54,094 nucleotides of DNA from a virus. The number at the start of each line of letters is the position of its first letter. The stretch's first letter is position 1. Position numbers and translations under genes: made by a program. Positions 1-8,726 of this stretch are shown one piece after another. A model generated the notes under the pieces. It did not search any database. It was given only the letters and a program-made list of their open reading frames with translations, and had not been told where the DNA came from. Location: IMG/VR virus record IMGVR_UViG_3300018059_000002, positions 1 to 54,094 of that record. One strand, given 5' to 3'.

Positions 1-120
1 CCCTAGCATTCACCATAACGGCGCGCTACACTCGCGCCCCATGCTTGCCTTTGATCGCTCAGTATTAGATCGTGATGTGATTGCGCTGGATCGTGCAAGC
101 GCGCGTACGTTTGACGCTGA
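1..120. repeat. Direct terminal repeat, left copy (identical to 53975..54094)
   Basis: Read directly: bases 1-120 (ccctagcattcacc...gtttgacgctga) recur base-for-base at 53975-54094, the last 120 bases of the window. This implies a circularly closed or terminally redundant 53,974-bp unit. Confidence 0.95.
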
Positions 121-1249
121 TGGCCGTATGCATGTCGCGCAATGTCGTATCTCGAAGGCTAATGTATGCCCCTATTACGGCCGCGAAATACCTAACGCGC
201 AGGCGCTCGGCCTTGATGCCAACAAGATTTACATGCTCTACCGCCATCCGGCGGAACTTGAGAAAGCCGCGCCGACGTTTCGCAACTTGCAATTGATGAT
301 GGTTCACAAAGGGGTCAACGCAAAAGACCCCAAAATTGAATCAACTGTTGGCACTGTGGGCAACGTTGCCTTCGATGGTACATATCTCGTAGCCGATCAA
401 TTGACGGTGTGGACGCAAGACGGGATCAAGCTGATCGAAACCGAACAAGCGGCCGAGTTGTCGGCGAGTTATCGGTACAAAGCCGCCATGACACCAGGGG
501 TCACGCCCGAGGGTGTTGCATTTGATGGCGTAATGCGCGACATTATGGGAAACCACGTCGCATTGGTTAGAGAGGGCCGCGCCGGTCCTGACGTTTATGT
601 TAACGACGAACACCCTTTGGAGCTTCCCAAAATGTTTAAGCGCCCCCGATTGCTTGCGCAGATGATCGCCTCCGGTTTGATCGCTGTGCCGACCGACGAT
701 GCCGCGCGTGTGGCGCTCGATTCAAAACTTGCCGAGATGACCGCCAAAGACGGCGAAGCGGCTGAAATGGAAGACGACCCCGAGAATCCAGGGGCAAAGC
801 GCAAAAAGATCAATCCGGGCAGAGGTGAGCCCACCAAGGTCGGGGGTGCGCTGGCCAGTGACGAGCAAATTGACGCGGCGATCGTCGCCAAAGGTTACGT
901 AACTCTCGCTGATGCGAGGACTCTTGCAGAAGACGCCGCGATGCGTGCCAAAACCGACGCAATCGCGGGCGTTAATGCGTTGCACGCGGCGCGCGAAGCT
1001 GTCAAGCCTCTCGTTGGCCTTGTGGCGATGGATTCGGCCGAAGCCGTTTATCGTTTTGCCTTGGAACACGAAAAAGTCGCAGTCGATGGTGTGCACCCGA
1101 CTGCTTTTCCGGCCTTGGTGGCGCAGGTGGTCGCACGTAAGTCCGCAATCGCTGCGGCTCCTGCTGCGCCTGCGCTGGCGGCGGACGCGGCTACCGCCGT
1201 AGCTGCCGCTTTGCCTGCACTGGGACGCGTCGCGCGTCAAACCGTCTAA
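41..1249 (+). CDS. Prohead scaffold/protease-like protein (DUF2213-like)
   Basis: 402-aa ORF. The N-terminal half (CPYYGREIP, LQLMMVHKG, GNHVALVREGRAG) resembles DUF2213-type phage head assembly proteins. The C-terminus is Ala-rich. It lies two genes upstream of the capsid gene. Confidence 0.6.
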   Translation: MLAFDRSVLDRDVIALDRASARTFDADGRMHVAQCRISKANVCPYYGREIPNAQALGLDANKIYMLYRHPAELEKAAPTFRNLQLMMVHKGVNAKDPKIESTVGTVGNVAFDGTYLVADQLTVWTQDGIKLIETEQAAELSASYRYKAAMTPGVTPEGVAFDGVMRDIMGNHVALVREGRAGPDVYVNDEHPLELPKMFKRPRLLAQMIASGLIAVPTDDAARVALDSKLAEMTAKDGEAAEMEDDPENPGAKRKKINPGRGEPTKVGGALASDEQIDAAIVAKGYVTLADARTLAEDAAMRAKTDAIAGVNALHAAREAVKPLVGLVAMDSAEAVYRFALEHEKVAVDGVHPTAFPALVAQVVARKSAIAAAPAAPALAADAATAVAAALPALGRVARQTV

Positions 1250-1299
1250 CCTTTCGCTTACAGCATCTCTACACAGAACGCAACCCGAGGCTTACGAAT

Positions 1300-2031
1300 A
1301 TGAGCGGCTTTCAACGTGTGATTAATCGCGAACCCTCGCCGGCTGTTGCGGGTGATTTTGCAAGCAACAACCCGCGTACTTCGCTCGTACCGCCGGTTGA
1401 ATCTGGTTTCGTAGCAGGCGACGCCAATGTACGCATCGGGTATTTCGCTTGGGGCGCGAATGACGGCAAAGTGTACAGCTCGCTCGCCGCTGCTACATCT
1501 GCGGGTGGTCCGCATATTGGCTTCGTTGCTCGCCAGCCTAACGAGCCTTCGGCTTTGATTACGACCTTTCTTGCTGAGTCGGTCATGACGTTACAGATCG
1601 GTTTGCCGGTTACGTTGCAGTCTTCAGGTGATTACTACATCGATCTGCCTGCCGTAGACCCCGCAGATGCGGTTTTTGCATTGGCCACCACGGGCGCACC
1701 GTCTCTCGTGGATGACGCGTCTACAGAGCCGACAGGCTTTACCGGTGCGTCTCAATCCAAGGTGAATGCGGTCACTGCGGCCACAACCACAATTGCGGTT
1801 AACACCGGTGTGATGACGATCGCAACGGTAGCGTCAGGCGTGGTCGAAGCGGGTCAGCGCGTCACAGGCACCGGCGTGCCGGCACAAACCTACATTGAGT
1901 ACCAAATCAGCGGTACGCCCGGCGGTGCTGGCGATTACCAAACGAATAGTCGGAATCGTGCGGTAGTGGCGGCGTTCACGGCGACGATGGTGCAAGGCAC
2001 CTTGGCGAAAATCTCGAAACAAGGCGCTTAA
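1300..2031 (+). CDS. Virion structural protein, possible capsid accessory/decoration protein
   Basis: 243-aa ORF between the scaffold and capsid genes. It shares the pattern V/I-x-I-G-x-F-x-W-x3-DG-x-V with ORF 3219..3716. The function assignment rests on position only. Confidence 0.45.
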   Translation: MSGFQRVINREPSPAVAGDFASNNPRTSLVPPVESGFVAGDANVRIGYFAWGANDGKVYSSLAAATSAGGPHIGFVARQPNEPSALITTFLAESVMTLQIGLPVTLQSSGDYYIDLPAVDPADAVFALATTGAPSLVDDASTEPTGFTGASQSKVNAVTAATTTIAVNTGVMTIATVASGVVEAGQRVTGTGVPAQTYIEYQISGTPGGAGDYQTNSRNRAVVAAFTATMVQGTLAKISKQGA

Positions 2032-2075
2032 TCGCGCCTCCGGCAATTCCACTTTCTATAGGTTGAGGTAACACA

Positions 2076-3203
2076 ATGCGTATTCAGAACGCCGGCCGCC
2101 GAGGCACCGACCATGTACAGTTCGCGGCAGCGATTCGAGCAGGTCACGCGTCGGTAATGATCGACGAGTTGAACAAAAAGTTTGGCCTAGCGTTGGCTAG
2201 CGATGCGCAGTTTAAAGGTGTTTTGCCGCGTGTCGTTGTGGATACCTATGATGGTGAAGGTAAAGTAAACGGCAAGGCGTTTGGCGATGCTGATAAGGTC
2301 GCCTTCGACGCTCAACCCGAAATGGTGACCGTGGCTAACGCGGGCATTCCGGCTTTCTTGTCTAACTACCTGGACCCGTCACTTATTGAGGTGCTGGTGT
2401 CGCCGATGAAGGCGGCCGAAATTGCCGGTGAAACGAAAAAGGGCGACTGGGTCACCACGGTCACCACATTTATGATGGTGGAGTCTGACGGTCAAGTTAG
2501 CGCCTACGGCGATTACAGCAACGCCGGCAATGCTGACGCGAACGTCAACTATCCGCAGCGTCAATCGTTCCATTATCAAGTTTTTACGCAATGGGGCGAA
2601 AAGGAACTTGCATACAGCGGTCTTGCCGGCATTGACCTTGCGTCGCGTAAGAATGTTGCCTCTGCGCTGGTGTTGAACAAGTTTCAAAACAAGTCGTATT
2701 TCTTCGGCATCGCAGGTTTGCAGAATTACGGTTTGCTGAATGATCCTAACTTGTTGCCGTCGATCATCCCGTCGACCGCATGGGCGACCGCTACAGCTGA
2801 TCAGGCATATCAAAACATTACGGACTTGTTCACGCAGTTGGTGAGTCAGGCTAACGGCCTTGTCGATCAAGCCACGCGTATGACTCTGGCTTGTTCGCCG
2901 ATGCGCGCCGCTGCGTTCAGCCGCACTAACGCGTTCGGTCTGAACGTCTACGCGCTGATTCGCGAGAACTATCCGAATCTGACTATCAAGACGGCACCGG
3001 AGTACAGCACATCATCGGGCGAACTGATGCAACTGATTGTCGACGAAGCGGAAGGCCAAGAAACTTGCACGGCGGCGTTTACTGAAAAAATGCGCGCCCA
3101 TGCGATTGTTGTCGGGTCTTCCAACTTCTCACAAAAGAAGTCACAAGGAAGTTGGGGCACCATCGTTTTTCGCCCGGTGTTGATGTCTTCGGCGCTCGGT
3201 TAA
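2076..3203 (+). CDS. Major capsid protein (DUF2184-like)
   Basis: 375-aa ORF with GAGGT 7 nt upstream of the ATG. Motifs PAFLSNYLDP, YPQRQSFHYQVF and FFGIAGLQNYGLLNDP recall DUF2184/encapsulin-like phage capsid proteins. Its position after the scaffold gene fits. Confidence 0.7.
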   Translation: MRIQNAGRRGTDHVQFAAAIRAGHASVMIDELNKKFGLALASDAQFKGVLPRVVVDTYDGEGKVNGKAFGDADKVAFDAQPEMVTVANAGIPAFLSNYLDPSLIEVLVSPMKAAEIAGETKKGDWVTTVTTFMMVESDGQVSAYGDYSNAGNADANVNYPQRQSFHYQVFTQWGEKELAYSGLAGIDLASRKNVASALVLNKFQNKSYFFGIAGLQNYGLLNDPNLLPSIIPSTAWATATADQAYQNITDLFTQLVSQANGLVDQATRMTLACSPMRAAAFSRTNAFGLNVYALIRENYPNLTIKTAPEYSTSSGELMQLIVDEAEGQETCTAAFTEKMRAHAIVVGSSNFSQKKSQGSWGTIVFRPVLMSSALG

Positions 3204-3218
3204 AGCAAGCCCGGTACT

Positions 3219-3716
3219 ATGTACGGAAATAACGCCCTCGGTGTGTACCAGCATGCCGAGGGCGTCCCTGTATCTGGGGTCTACTACAATCGCGCTGCCT
3301 CGGTAATCTCAGGTGACGAGATGGGCCTGCGTGCGGGCGCTGGCGGCGTCGCTATAGGGCGCTTCGGTTGGGCTGAGCCTGACGGTACTGTTTCAAACTC
3401 GCGCGCGTCAGCGCAAGGCATACCCGGTTTGGTTGTGATCCAGGACGGCGACTGGCGTCGCGTGTATTGGGACGAGGTCACGAATACGTGGCGCATTCGA
3501 CAAGGGCTCAACCTGACGATGTTGTCGGCCGCCCTCGGCATGTGGGTAAAAATTCCTGGTGGCGCAAGTTGGAGCGCTCGCGTTTACACGGACCCGCTGG
3601 ACGGAATACCGGTCGCGGGGTACGCTGTAGGCTTAGAGGCTACGAATTGGGCCGTTGGTGTCCCTTGCGGCCGTGTCGGCCTTTCGCTAATTACCACGTG
3701 GAACCCCATTACATGA
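3219..3716 (+). CDS. Virion structural protein, paralog-like to 1300..2031
   Basis: 165-aa ORF. GVAIGRFGWAEPDGTVSNS parallels NVRIGYFAWGANDGKVYSS of ORF 1300..2031. It lies directly after the capsid gene. Confidence 0.45.
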   Translation: MYGNNALGVYQHAEGVPVSGVYYNRAASVISGDEMGLRAGAGGVAIGRFGWAEPDGTVSNSRASAQGIPGLVVIQDGDWRRVYWDEVTNTWRIRQGLNLTMLSAALGMWVKIPGGASWSARVYTDPLDGIPVAGYAVGLEATNWAVGVPCGRVGLSLITTWNPIT

Positions 3717-4129
3717 ACACAGATACGGTTATTGTAGGTTGCAAATTGCCAAACGGTTTGCATCTTGAAGTAAAGAACAAAGACGGCGAAAAGATTCGCG
3801 TTACTGTCGCCGGTGCGAACGCTTCGCGCATCATTGGCGGCTACGGCTTGACCCCCAACGTGCCGGCAGAATTTATGTCAGAGTGGTTCAAGCGTAACGC
3901 TAGACATCCTGCCGTTATCGGCCACAACATTTTTATTCATGCTGATGAAGCCAGCGCACGTGACATTGCAAAAGAGCGGGCCAAAGTTGAAACGGGTCTT
4001 GAAGGCATCGACCCGGTTAAACGCGGCATGCTCAACAATGAGAATGGCGAAATCGATCGCAAAGCGCTCAGCAACTACGAAAAGTCGAAGGCTGAAAATC
4101 CGCGTCGGAACGCTCAGATTCAAGAGTAA
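3713..4129 (+). CDS. Hypothetical head-module protein
   Basis: Start trimmed to the ATG at 3713, which overlaps the upstream stop as ATGA (MNTDTVIVG...). The upstream part of track ORF 3467..4129 is Arg/Gly-rich out-of-frame overlap. Confidence 0.6.
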   Translation: MNTDTVIVGCKLPNGLHLEVKNKDGEKIRVTVAGANASRIIGGYGLTPNVPAEFMSEWFKRNARHPAVIGHNIFIHADEASARDIAKERAKVETGLEGIDPVKRGMLNNENGEIDRKALSNYEKSKAENPRRNAQIQE

Positions 4130-4132
4130 CTC

Positions 4133-4630
4133 ATGTCTGTAATACCGTGTGCGTCTGTTGTTGTAACTCAGGGTATAGTTGTCTTTGATGCCGCGGTGTT
4201 CAAGACCCAATACCCTGCTTTTGCGACAGTCAGCAACACGGTGCTGCAAGTTGACTTTGATATTGCAACGTTGTTCCTGAACAATTCATGTTGCAGTGTT
4301 GTCAAGGATGCCAACATACGTGAGCGACTGCTGAACATGGTAACGGCGCACATTGCTGCGCTCTTGCAAGGCGAGAACGGTAAGCCGCCTTCCGGCATTG
4401 TCGGCCGGGTGGATAAAGCCAGTGAGGGCACGGTGTCGGTATCAGCTTCGTATGTTAGCGATATGAGCATGAGTGAAGCGTATTTTTCACAGACGCCTTA
4501 CGGTGCGATGTTTTGGACCGCAACCGCGGGTTATCGTGCTTTTCATTACGTGCCTGCGCCACTCAATGGTTGCGTTGGCCGCGGTCCCGGTTTCTACGGT
4601 CCTGGTTTCGGTGGTGGCGGGTGTTGCTGA
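4133..4630 (+). CDS. Head-tail connector protein (DUF4054-like)
   Basis: 165 aa. FKTQYPAF...RERLLNMVTAHIAALL resembles the DUF4054 head-tail adaptor family. It has an unusual Gly/Cys-rich C-terminus (GPGFYGPGFGGGGCC). Confidence 0.5.
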   Translation: MSVIPCASVVVTQGIVVFDAAVFKTQYPAFATVSNTVLQVDFDIATLFLNNSCCSVVKDANIRERLLNMVTAHIAALLQGENGKPPSGIVGRVDKASEGTVSVSASYVSDMSMSEAYFSQTPYGAMFWTATAGYRAFHYVPAPLNGCVGRGPGFYGPGFGGGGCC

Positions 4631-4639
4631 GGCGGCCCC

Positions 4640-5137
4640 ATGGCATTTAAAGCGATCACAGCGAATATTGAAGGCGGCAGCGCGTTAGAACGGCATCTCA
4701 GAGAAATTGAGAAGCGTTTGGGGCGGGGTGCGCATGTTCGTGTTGGTTTTCTTGAGAGCGCGACGTATCCAGCCGGTGAAGGCGAGAACGCAGGGTTGCA
4801 CGTGGCAACGGTTGCGGCTTGGAATGAATGGGGCACCGTTACTGCACCGGAGCGCCCGTTTTTTCGGGATATGATCGAAAAGCGGTCACCGCGTTGGGGC
4901 GTCACCCTCGGTAACATCTTGCGCAAAAATGACTATGACGCGGAACGTTCTCTAGCATTGATGGGTGAAGTGGTGAAAGGTCAGTTAGTGAAATCGATAA
5001 CCGATTGGTCGACACCACAAAATGCGCCGCGCACTGTTGCAAAGAAAGGATTCAACAAGCCGCTCATTGACAGCACCGTGATGTTACGTTCCGTGGATTA
5101 TCAGGTTATGAGTGGAGACGACGCGAGCGATGATTAA
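4640..5137 (+). CDS. Head-tail joining protein (HK97 gp10-like)
   Basis: 165 aa. The pattern LERHLREIEK...VRVGFLE...VAAWNEWGT...PERPFFR is typical of the HK97 gp10 family. Confidence 0.55.
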   Translation: MAFKAITANIEGGSALERHLREIEKRLGRGAHVRVGFLESATYPAGEGENAGLHVATVAAWNEWGTVTAPERPFFRDMIEKRSPRWGVTLGNILRKNDYDAERSLALMGEVVKGQLVKSITDWSTPQNAPRTVAKKGFNKPLIDSTVMLRSVDYQVMSGDDASDD

Positions 5138-5543
5138 CGTCCACGTTGCTGCCAACAATGCTATTCAGGTCGTCAACCCTGACGGCCTTTACACGTTCTA
5201 CGCGTCCACAGGAAATGCAATTAACGCGGCAGGCAAACAAGTGCCCTCTTATGCCGCTGGTGCTAACGTGTCTATGCAAATACAAGCGATCAGTGCACGC
5301 GATCTTAAGCACATGGAAGGGCTGAACATCGAAGGTGTTGTTCGATCGGTGCACATGTATGGAAACACGCAAGGCGTTGTGCGTGTTACACAAAAAGGCG
5401 GCGATCTTCTCTATTTTCCTGAAGTGCCCGGCGGCACCCTCCGCGTGTGGAAAGTGGTAAAGGTCGTCGAGACGTGGCCGGATTGGTGCCACGTTATCGT
5501 GAATATGCAAACTGACTCAGCCCCGCCCTCACCGCCACCATAA
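5130..5543 (+). CDS. Hypothetical neck-module protein
   Basis: The track ORF begins at GTG 5112. I prefer the ATG at 5130 (MINVHVAANN), which overlaps the upstream stop (ATGATTAA) and has GGAG 12 nt upstream. Confidence 0.5.
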   Translation: MINVHVAANNAIQVVNPDGLYTFYASTGNAINAAGKQVPSYAAGANVSMQIQAISARDLKHMEGLNIEGVVRSVHMYGNTQGVVRVTQKGGDLLYFPEVPGGTLRVWKVVKVVETWPDWCHVIVNMQTDSAPPSPPP

Positions 5544-6076
5544 TGCCGTTAGCCGTATCCATCACTCAGCAAGCCGTGTACACCGCCCTGCGGGCGTTTC
5601 TTGTGTCTGTGCTGCCTGCGGGTGTTCCAGTGGTGCAACTCCCCGTAGATCGCGCCTCTATGCCTCCGGCAGTCCCGGGCTTCGTGGGAATGACCGCGCG
5701 GGTGCAATCCCGAATAATGACTAATTTGGATAAGTGGGATGCGGCGGCGCTTGCACCGACTACAATCGAAATAGAGCAAGCTGTCAAACTTGCGGTGAAA
5801 TTGGATTGTTACGGCGCGGAGTCGGCCGATTGGGCGGTGATCCTTTCGACCGTTTTGCGCGATGAATACGGTGTAACTGCTTTAGCGCCGACCCTAGCCC
5901 CCCTTTATACGGATGACCCGAAATTCGGTTTTTTGGTCGACGGTGAGGAACAGTATGAGCAGCGGTGGATTGTAGAGGCATACTTGCAATACAATCCGGT
6001 GGTAGTCGTGCCGATGCAGTTCGCAAATGCGGCTGAGGTCGCTCTTATTAACGTAGACGAGGCTTATCCGCCATGA
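5543..6076 (+). CDS. Putative tail completion/neck protein
   Basis: 177-aa ORF immediately upstream of the sheath gene, with its end overlapping the sheath ATG (ATGA). Function inferred from position only. Confidence 0.4.
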   Translation: MPLAVSITQQAVYTALRAFLVSVLPAGVPVVQLPVDRASMPPAVPGFVGMTARVQSRIMTNLDKWDAAALAPTTIEIEQAVKLAVKLDCYGAESADWAVILSTVLRDEYGVTALAPTLAPLYTDDPKFGFLVDGEEQYEQRWIVEAYLQYNPVVVVPMQFANAAEVALINVDEAYPP

Positions 6077-7584
6077 ACTCAATCCCCGCAAGTCAATTGG
6101 TAAATATTATTCCGTCTGTGTTGAGCGCCGGTGGTAACCCGCTATCGCTTAATTGCGTGATGTTGACCGACAGCACCCGCGTACCAATTGACACCGTGCA
6201 GGCGTTCTCTTCACTGGAAGGCGTGCAAAACTTTTTCGGCCCGACTTCAATACAAGCCGAGCTCGCCGGCGTTTATTTCAGCGGCTTTGAATTGTCGGAC
6301 GCATTGCCCGGCATGCTGTATTTTGCGCAGTACAACGCTGCGGCAGTTAGTGCGTATCTGCGTTCGGGTTCGTTCGATGGTATGACGCTGGCGCAGCTTC
6401 AAGCATTGTCGGGCAGCCTAACCACTGTCGTCAATGGCGTGTCGTCTGTATCTCTTGCGATTGACCTTTCAACCGCAACGAGCTTTTCAAACGCTGCCGC
6501 CTTGATTCAGACCGGTATTCAAGGCGGCACGCCTGCAAGTACCGCAACGGTAACTTACGACGCACAGCTTAAAATGTTCCTAGTTCATTCGAGCACGACC
6601 GGTGCCGCGTCTACGATTGCGTTTGCAACCGGTACGTTGTCGACCGGCCTCAAGCTCATCTTGGCAACTGGTGCAGTGCTGTCTCAAGGTGCCGACGCGG
6701 CAACGCCTGCGGGCGCAATGGCTCAGGTGGTGAATGTAACGCAGAATTGGGCCACGTTCATGACTACGTTTGAACCTGCTGTCGATGTCATGATTGAATT
6801 TGCGGATTGGGTGCAGACCACAAACGACCGTTACGCATATGTTGGTTGGGATTCCGACGCATCGGTACTTGCAGGCCCGTCACCAACATCGTTTGGCGCG
6901 CTGGTAACTGCCGCAGTAATGAGCGGCGTAGTTCCGGTATATGAACCTGCAACCGACGCCGGTAACGGGCGCAAGGCGGCGTTTATTTGCGCTATTGCAG
7001 CTTCTACCGATTTTACGCAAACCGAAGGGCGCGTTAGCTATGCCTATCGGGGTCAAACGGGCTTAATCGCGGACATCACAGACGCAACTCAAGCGCTAAA
7101 TCTTATAGCCAACGGTTATAATTTTTATGGCGCTTACGCTACGGCTGCGGATAGGTTCGTTAATTTACAAGAGGGGTCTCAGCCCGGCCCTTGGAAATGG
7201 ATTGATTCGTACGTCAACCAAATTTGGTTGAATAGTAATTTTCAACTTGCATTTATGGTGATGATGACGTCCATCAAATCATTTCCGTACAATACCGAGG
7301 GGTACAACCTGTTGCGTTCGACAGCTCTTGACCCTATTCAAGCAGGATTAAATGCGGGAGTAATCCGCACTGGGGTCACTTTATCAAATTTACAACGTGC
7401 GCAAATTAATTCAGCGACGGGTGTGGATGCCGCAAGCACTTTGCAAACCTCAGGTTGGTTTTTGGAAATTCAAGATGCTAGCCCAATTACCCGAGCGGCA
7501 CGCGGTTCGCCTCCTATGCGTTTTTGGTACATGGACGGCCAAAGTATTCAAAAGATAACGCTTGCATCTATCAACGTTCAGTAA
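6073..7584 (+). CDS. Tail sheath protein (DUF3383-like)
   Basis: 503 aa. The N-terminus IPASQLVNIIPSVLSAGGNPLSLN resembles DUF3383 sheath-like proteins. Its size and its position before the tube, chaperone and tape-measure genes fit a contractile tail. Confidence 0.7.
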   Translation: MNSIPASQLVNIIPSVLSAGGNPLSLNCVMLTDSTRVPIDTVQAFSSLEGVQNFFGPTSIQAELAGVYFSGFELSDALPGMLYFAQYNAAAVSAYLRSGSFDGMTLAQLQALSGSLTTVVNGVSSVSLAIDLSTATSFSNAAALIQTGIQGGTPASTATVTYDAQLKMFLVHSSTTGAASTIAFATGTLSTGLKLILATGAVLSQGADAATPAGAMAQVVNVTQNWATFMTTFEPAVDVMIEFADWVQTTNDRYAYVGWDSDASVLAGPSPTSFGALVTAAVMSGVVPVYEPATDAGNGRKAAFICAIAASTDFTQTEGRVSYAYRGQTGLIADITDATQALNLIANGYNFYGAYATAADRFVNLQEGSQPGPWKWIDSYVNQIWLNSNFQLAFMVMMTSIKSFPYNTEGYNLLRSTALDPIQAGLNAGVIRTGVTLSNLQRAQINSATGVDAASTLQTSGWFLEIQDASPITRAARGSPPMRFWYMDGQSIQKITLASINVQ

Positions 7585-7611
7585 CGTACATTTAACCGGG
7601 AGGCTTAAGCC

Positions 7612-8064
7612 GTGGGCGTATCAATCACAAGTGCGAATGCAAAACTAACGTTAACCGTTCGCAATAGTTCCGGCATTGTTGTAGGCCCTTTCACTGTCGA
7701 AGGGTACTCACAAGATGCGTCTTTCGGTGTGGAGGCCGTGGACGCCGCTGAAGCAATCATGGGTGTAGATGGCAAGCTATCCGGAGGCTTCCTACCGCAG
7801 CCTACAAAGTTTGCTATTTCACTGATGCCGAATAGCCCAAGCATTGCGTTGTTTGAGGCTTGGAATGCTGCGCAAAAGGCACTCGGCGATGTGTTGGTTG
7901 CGGATGGTTTCGTGTCAGCCCCCTCGTTGGGTAAAGCCTTCGCTTTGGTAAAAGGGTTCATGACTCGCCTTACACCGATGCCTACGGCACGCAAAACGTT
8001 TTCGGAGCCTCAAGTGTTTGAATTAACGTTTGAGTCATCCACGCCTGCACCTATTACGGTGTAA
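7612..8064 (+). CDS. Tail tube protein
   Basis: 150-aa ORF with a GTG start preceded by GGGAGG 8 nt upstream. It lies directly after the sheath gene and before the chaperone gene. Confidence 0.6.
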   Translation: MGVSITSANAKLTLTVRNSSGIVVGPFTVEGYSQDASFGVEAVDAAEAIMGVDGKLSGGFLPQPTKFAISLMPNSPSIALFEAWNAAQKALGDVLVADGFVSAPSLGKAFALVKGFMTRLTPMPTARKTFSEPQVFELTFESSTPAPITV

Positions 8065-8067
8065 GTC

Positions 8068-8553
8068 ATGTCGCGTAAGTCACTGCGAGTCACGATTGAT
8101 GCTGAAGGGCGCGACAAGGGCAAAGCGTTTGTTCTGCACGAGATGCCTTCGGATCAGGCAGAACGCTGGTTCATTCGTCTGGTGCTAGCTCTTGCTAACG
8201 CCGGCGCGAAAGTTCCGGAAGAAATTTTATTTGGCGGTGCCGCGGGGTTTGCGGAGATGCTGCCGACATTACGTAACTCGCTTGTCGTTGCGATCCGTGC
8301 GATACAGGGGCTTGACCATCGCGATGTACGCGAGCTAATGGAGGAAATGACGCCTTTTATCAAATGGCAACCGCCCGGTATGCCTGCGCCTCCGGAGCAA
8401 GATATTTTTCCCGGCGACAACGCCCAAATTGATGAAGTTGCAACGTGGATTAAGTTGCGGTTCGAGTTGATTCAGTTACACGTGGGTTTTTCGTTGGCCG
8501 CCGCCGCGTCAACTTCGGAGTCGCGCGATACTCCGGAACAAGTGACGGCCTAG
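8068..8553 (+). CDS. Tail assembly chaperone (0-frame product)
   Basis: 161-aa acidic ORF directly upstream of the tape measure gene. It contains a GGGTTTT slippery heptamer (8484-8490), and the -1 frame is open to 8726. Confidence 0.55.
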   Translation: MSRKSLRVTIDAEGRDKGKAFVLHEMPSDQAERWFIRLVLALANAGAKVPEEILFGGAAGFAEMLPTLRNSLVVAIRAIQGLDHRDVRELMEEMTPFIKWQPPGMPAPPEQDIFPGDNAQIDEVATWIKLRFELIQLHVGFSLAAAASTSESRDTPEQVTA

Positions 8554-8726
8554 TTAATTACGCGAATGTGCCGCCGGTGATCGGCACGCTTGTTTCTGCT
8601 CGCATGGCCACGCTCAACGAATTGCAAACGGTGTACGGCGTTGAAGATGCGTATAGCATGCTTGAAATTCTGAAAGTCGACATGCATAACGAGCGATTGA
8701 CCCGTGGCAAACACAACAGTAATTGA
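8068..8726 (+). CDS. Tail assembly chaperone, -1 frameshift-extended isoform (G-T-like)
   Basis: The -1 frame is open from 8454 to the TGA at 8724-8726; I read every codon and found no stop. Slipping at G_GGT_TTT would append about 78 aa (...ATLNELQTVYGVEDAYSMLEILKVDMHNE...). Confidence 0.45.
8484..8490 (+). other. Candidate -1 programmed ribosomal frameshift heptamer GGGTTTT
   Basis: The 0-frame codons are GGT (8485-8487) and TTT (8488-8490), preceded by G. This fits the X_XXY_YYZ rule. Confidence 0.45.

Noticed and set aside
1-120. Treating the 120-bp terminal repeat as the true physical genome ends (short direct terminal repeats of a T7-like packaging system).
   Set aside because: The repeat boundary falls across a stop codon and the next gene's start, far from terS. 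The terminase looks like a headful or pac type. An assembly overlap of a circularly permuted genome is at least as likely, and sequence alone cannot decide.
2023-2038. A small GGCGC-ttaatc-GCGCC hairpin after ORF 1300..2031, as a possible terminator before the capsid gene.
   Set aside because: It has only a 5-bp stem, no U-run, and partly overlaps the stop codon. That is too weak to call.
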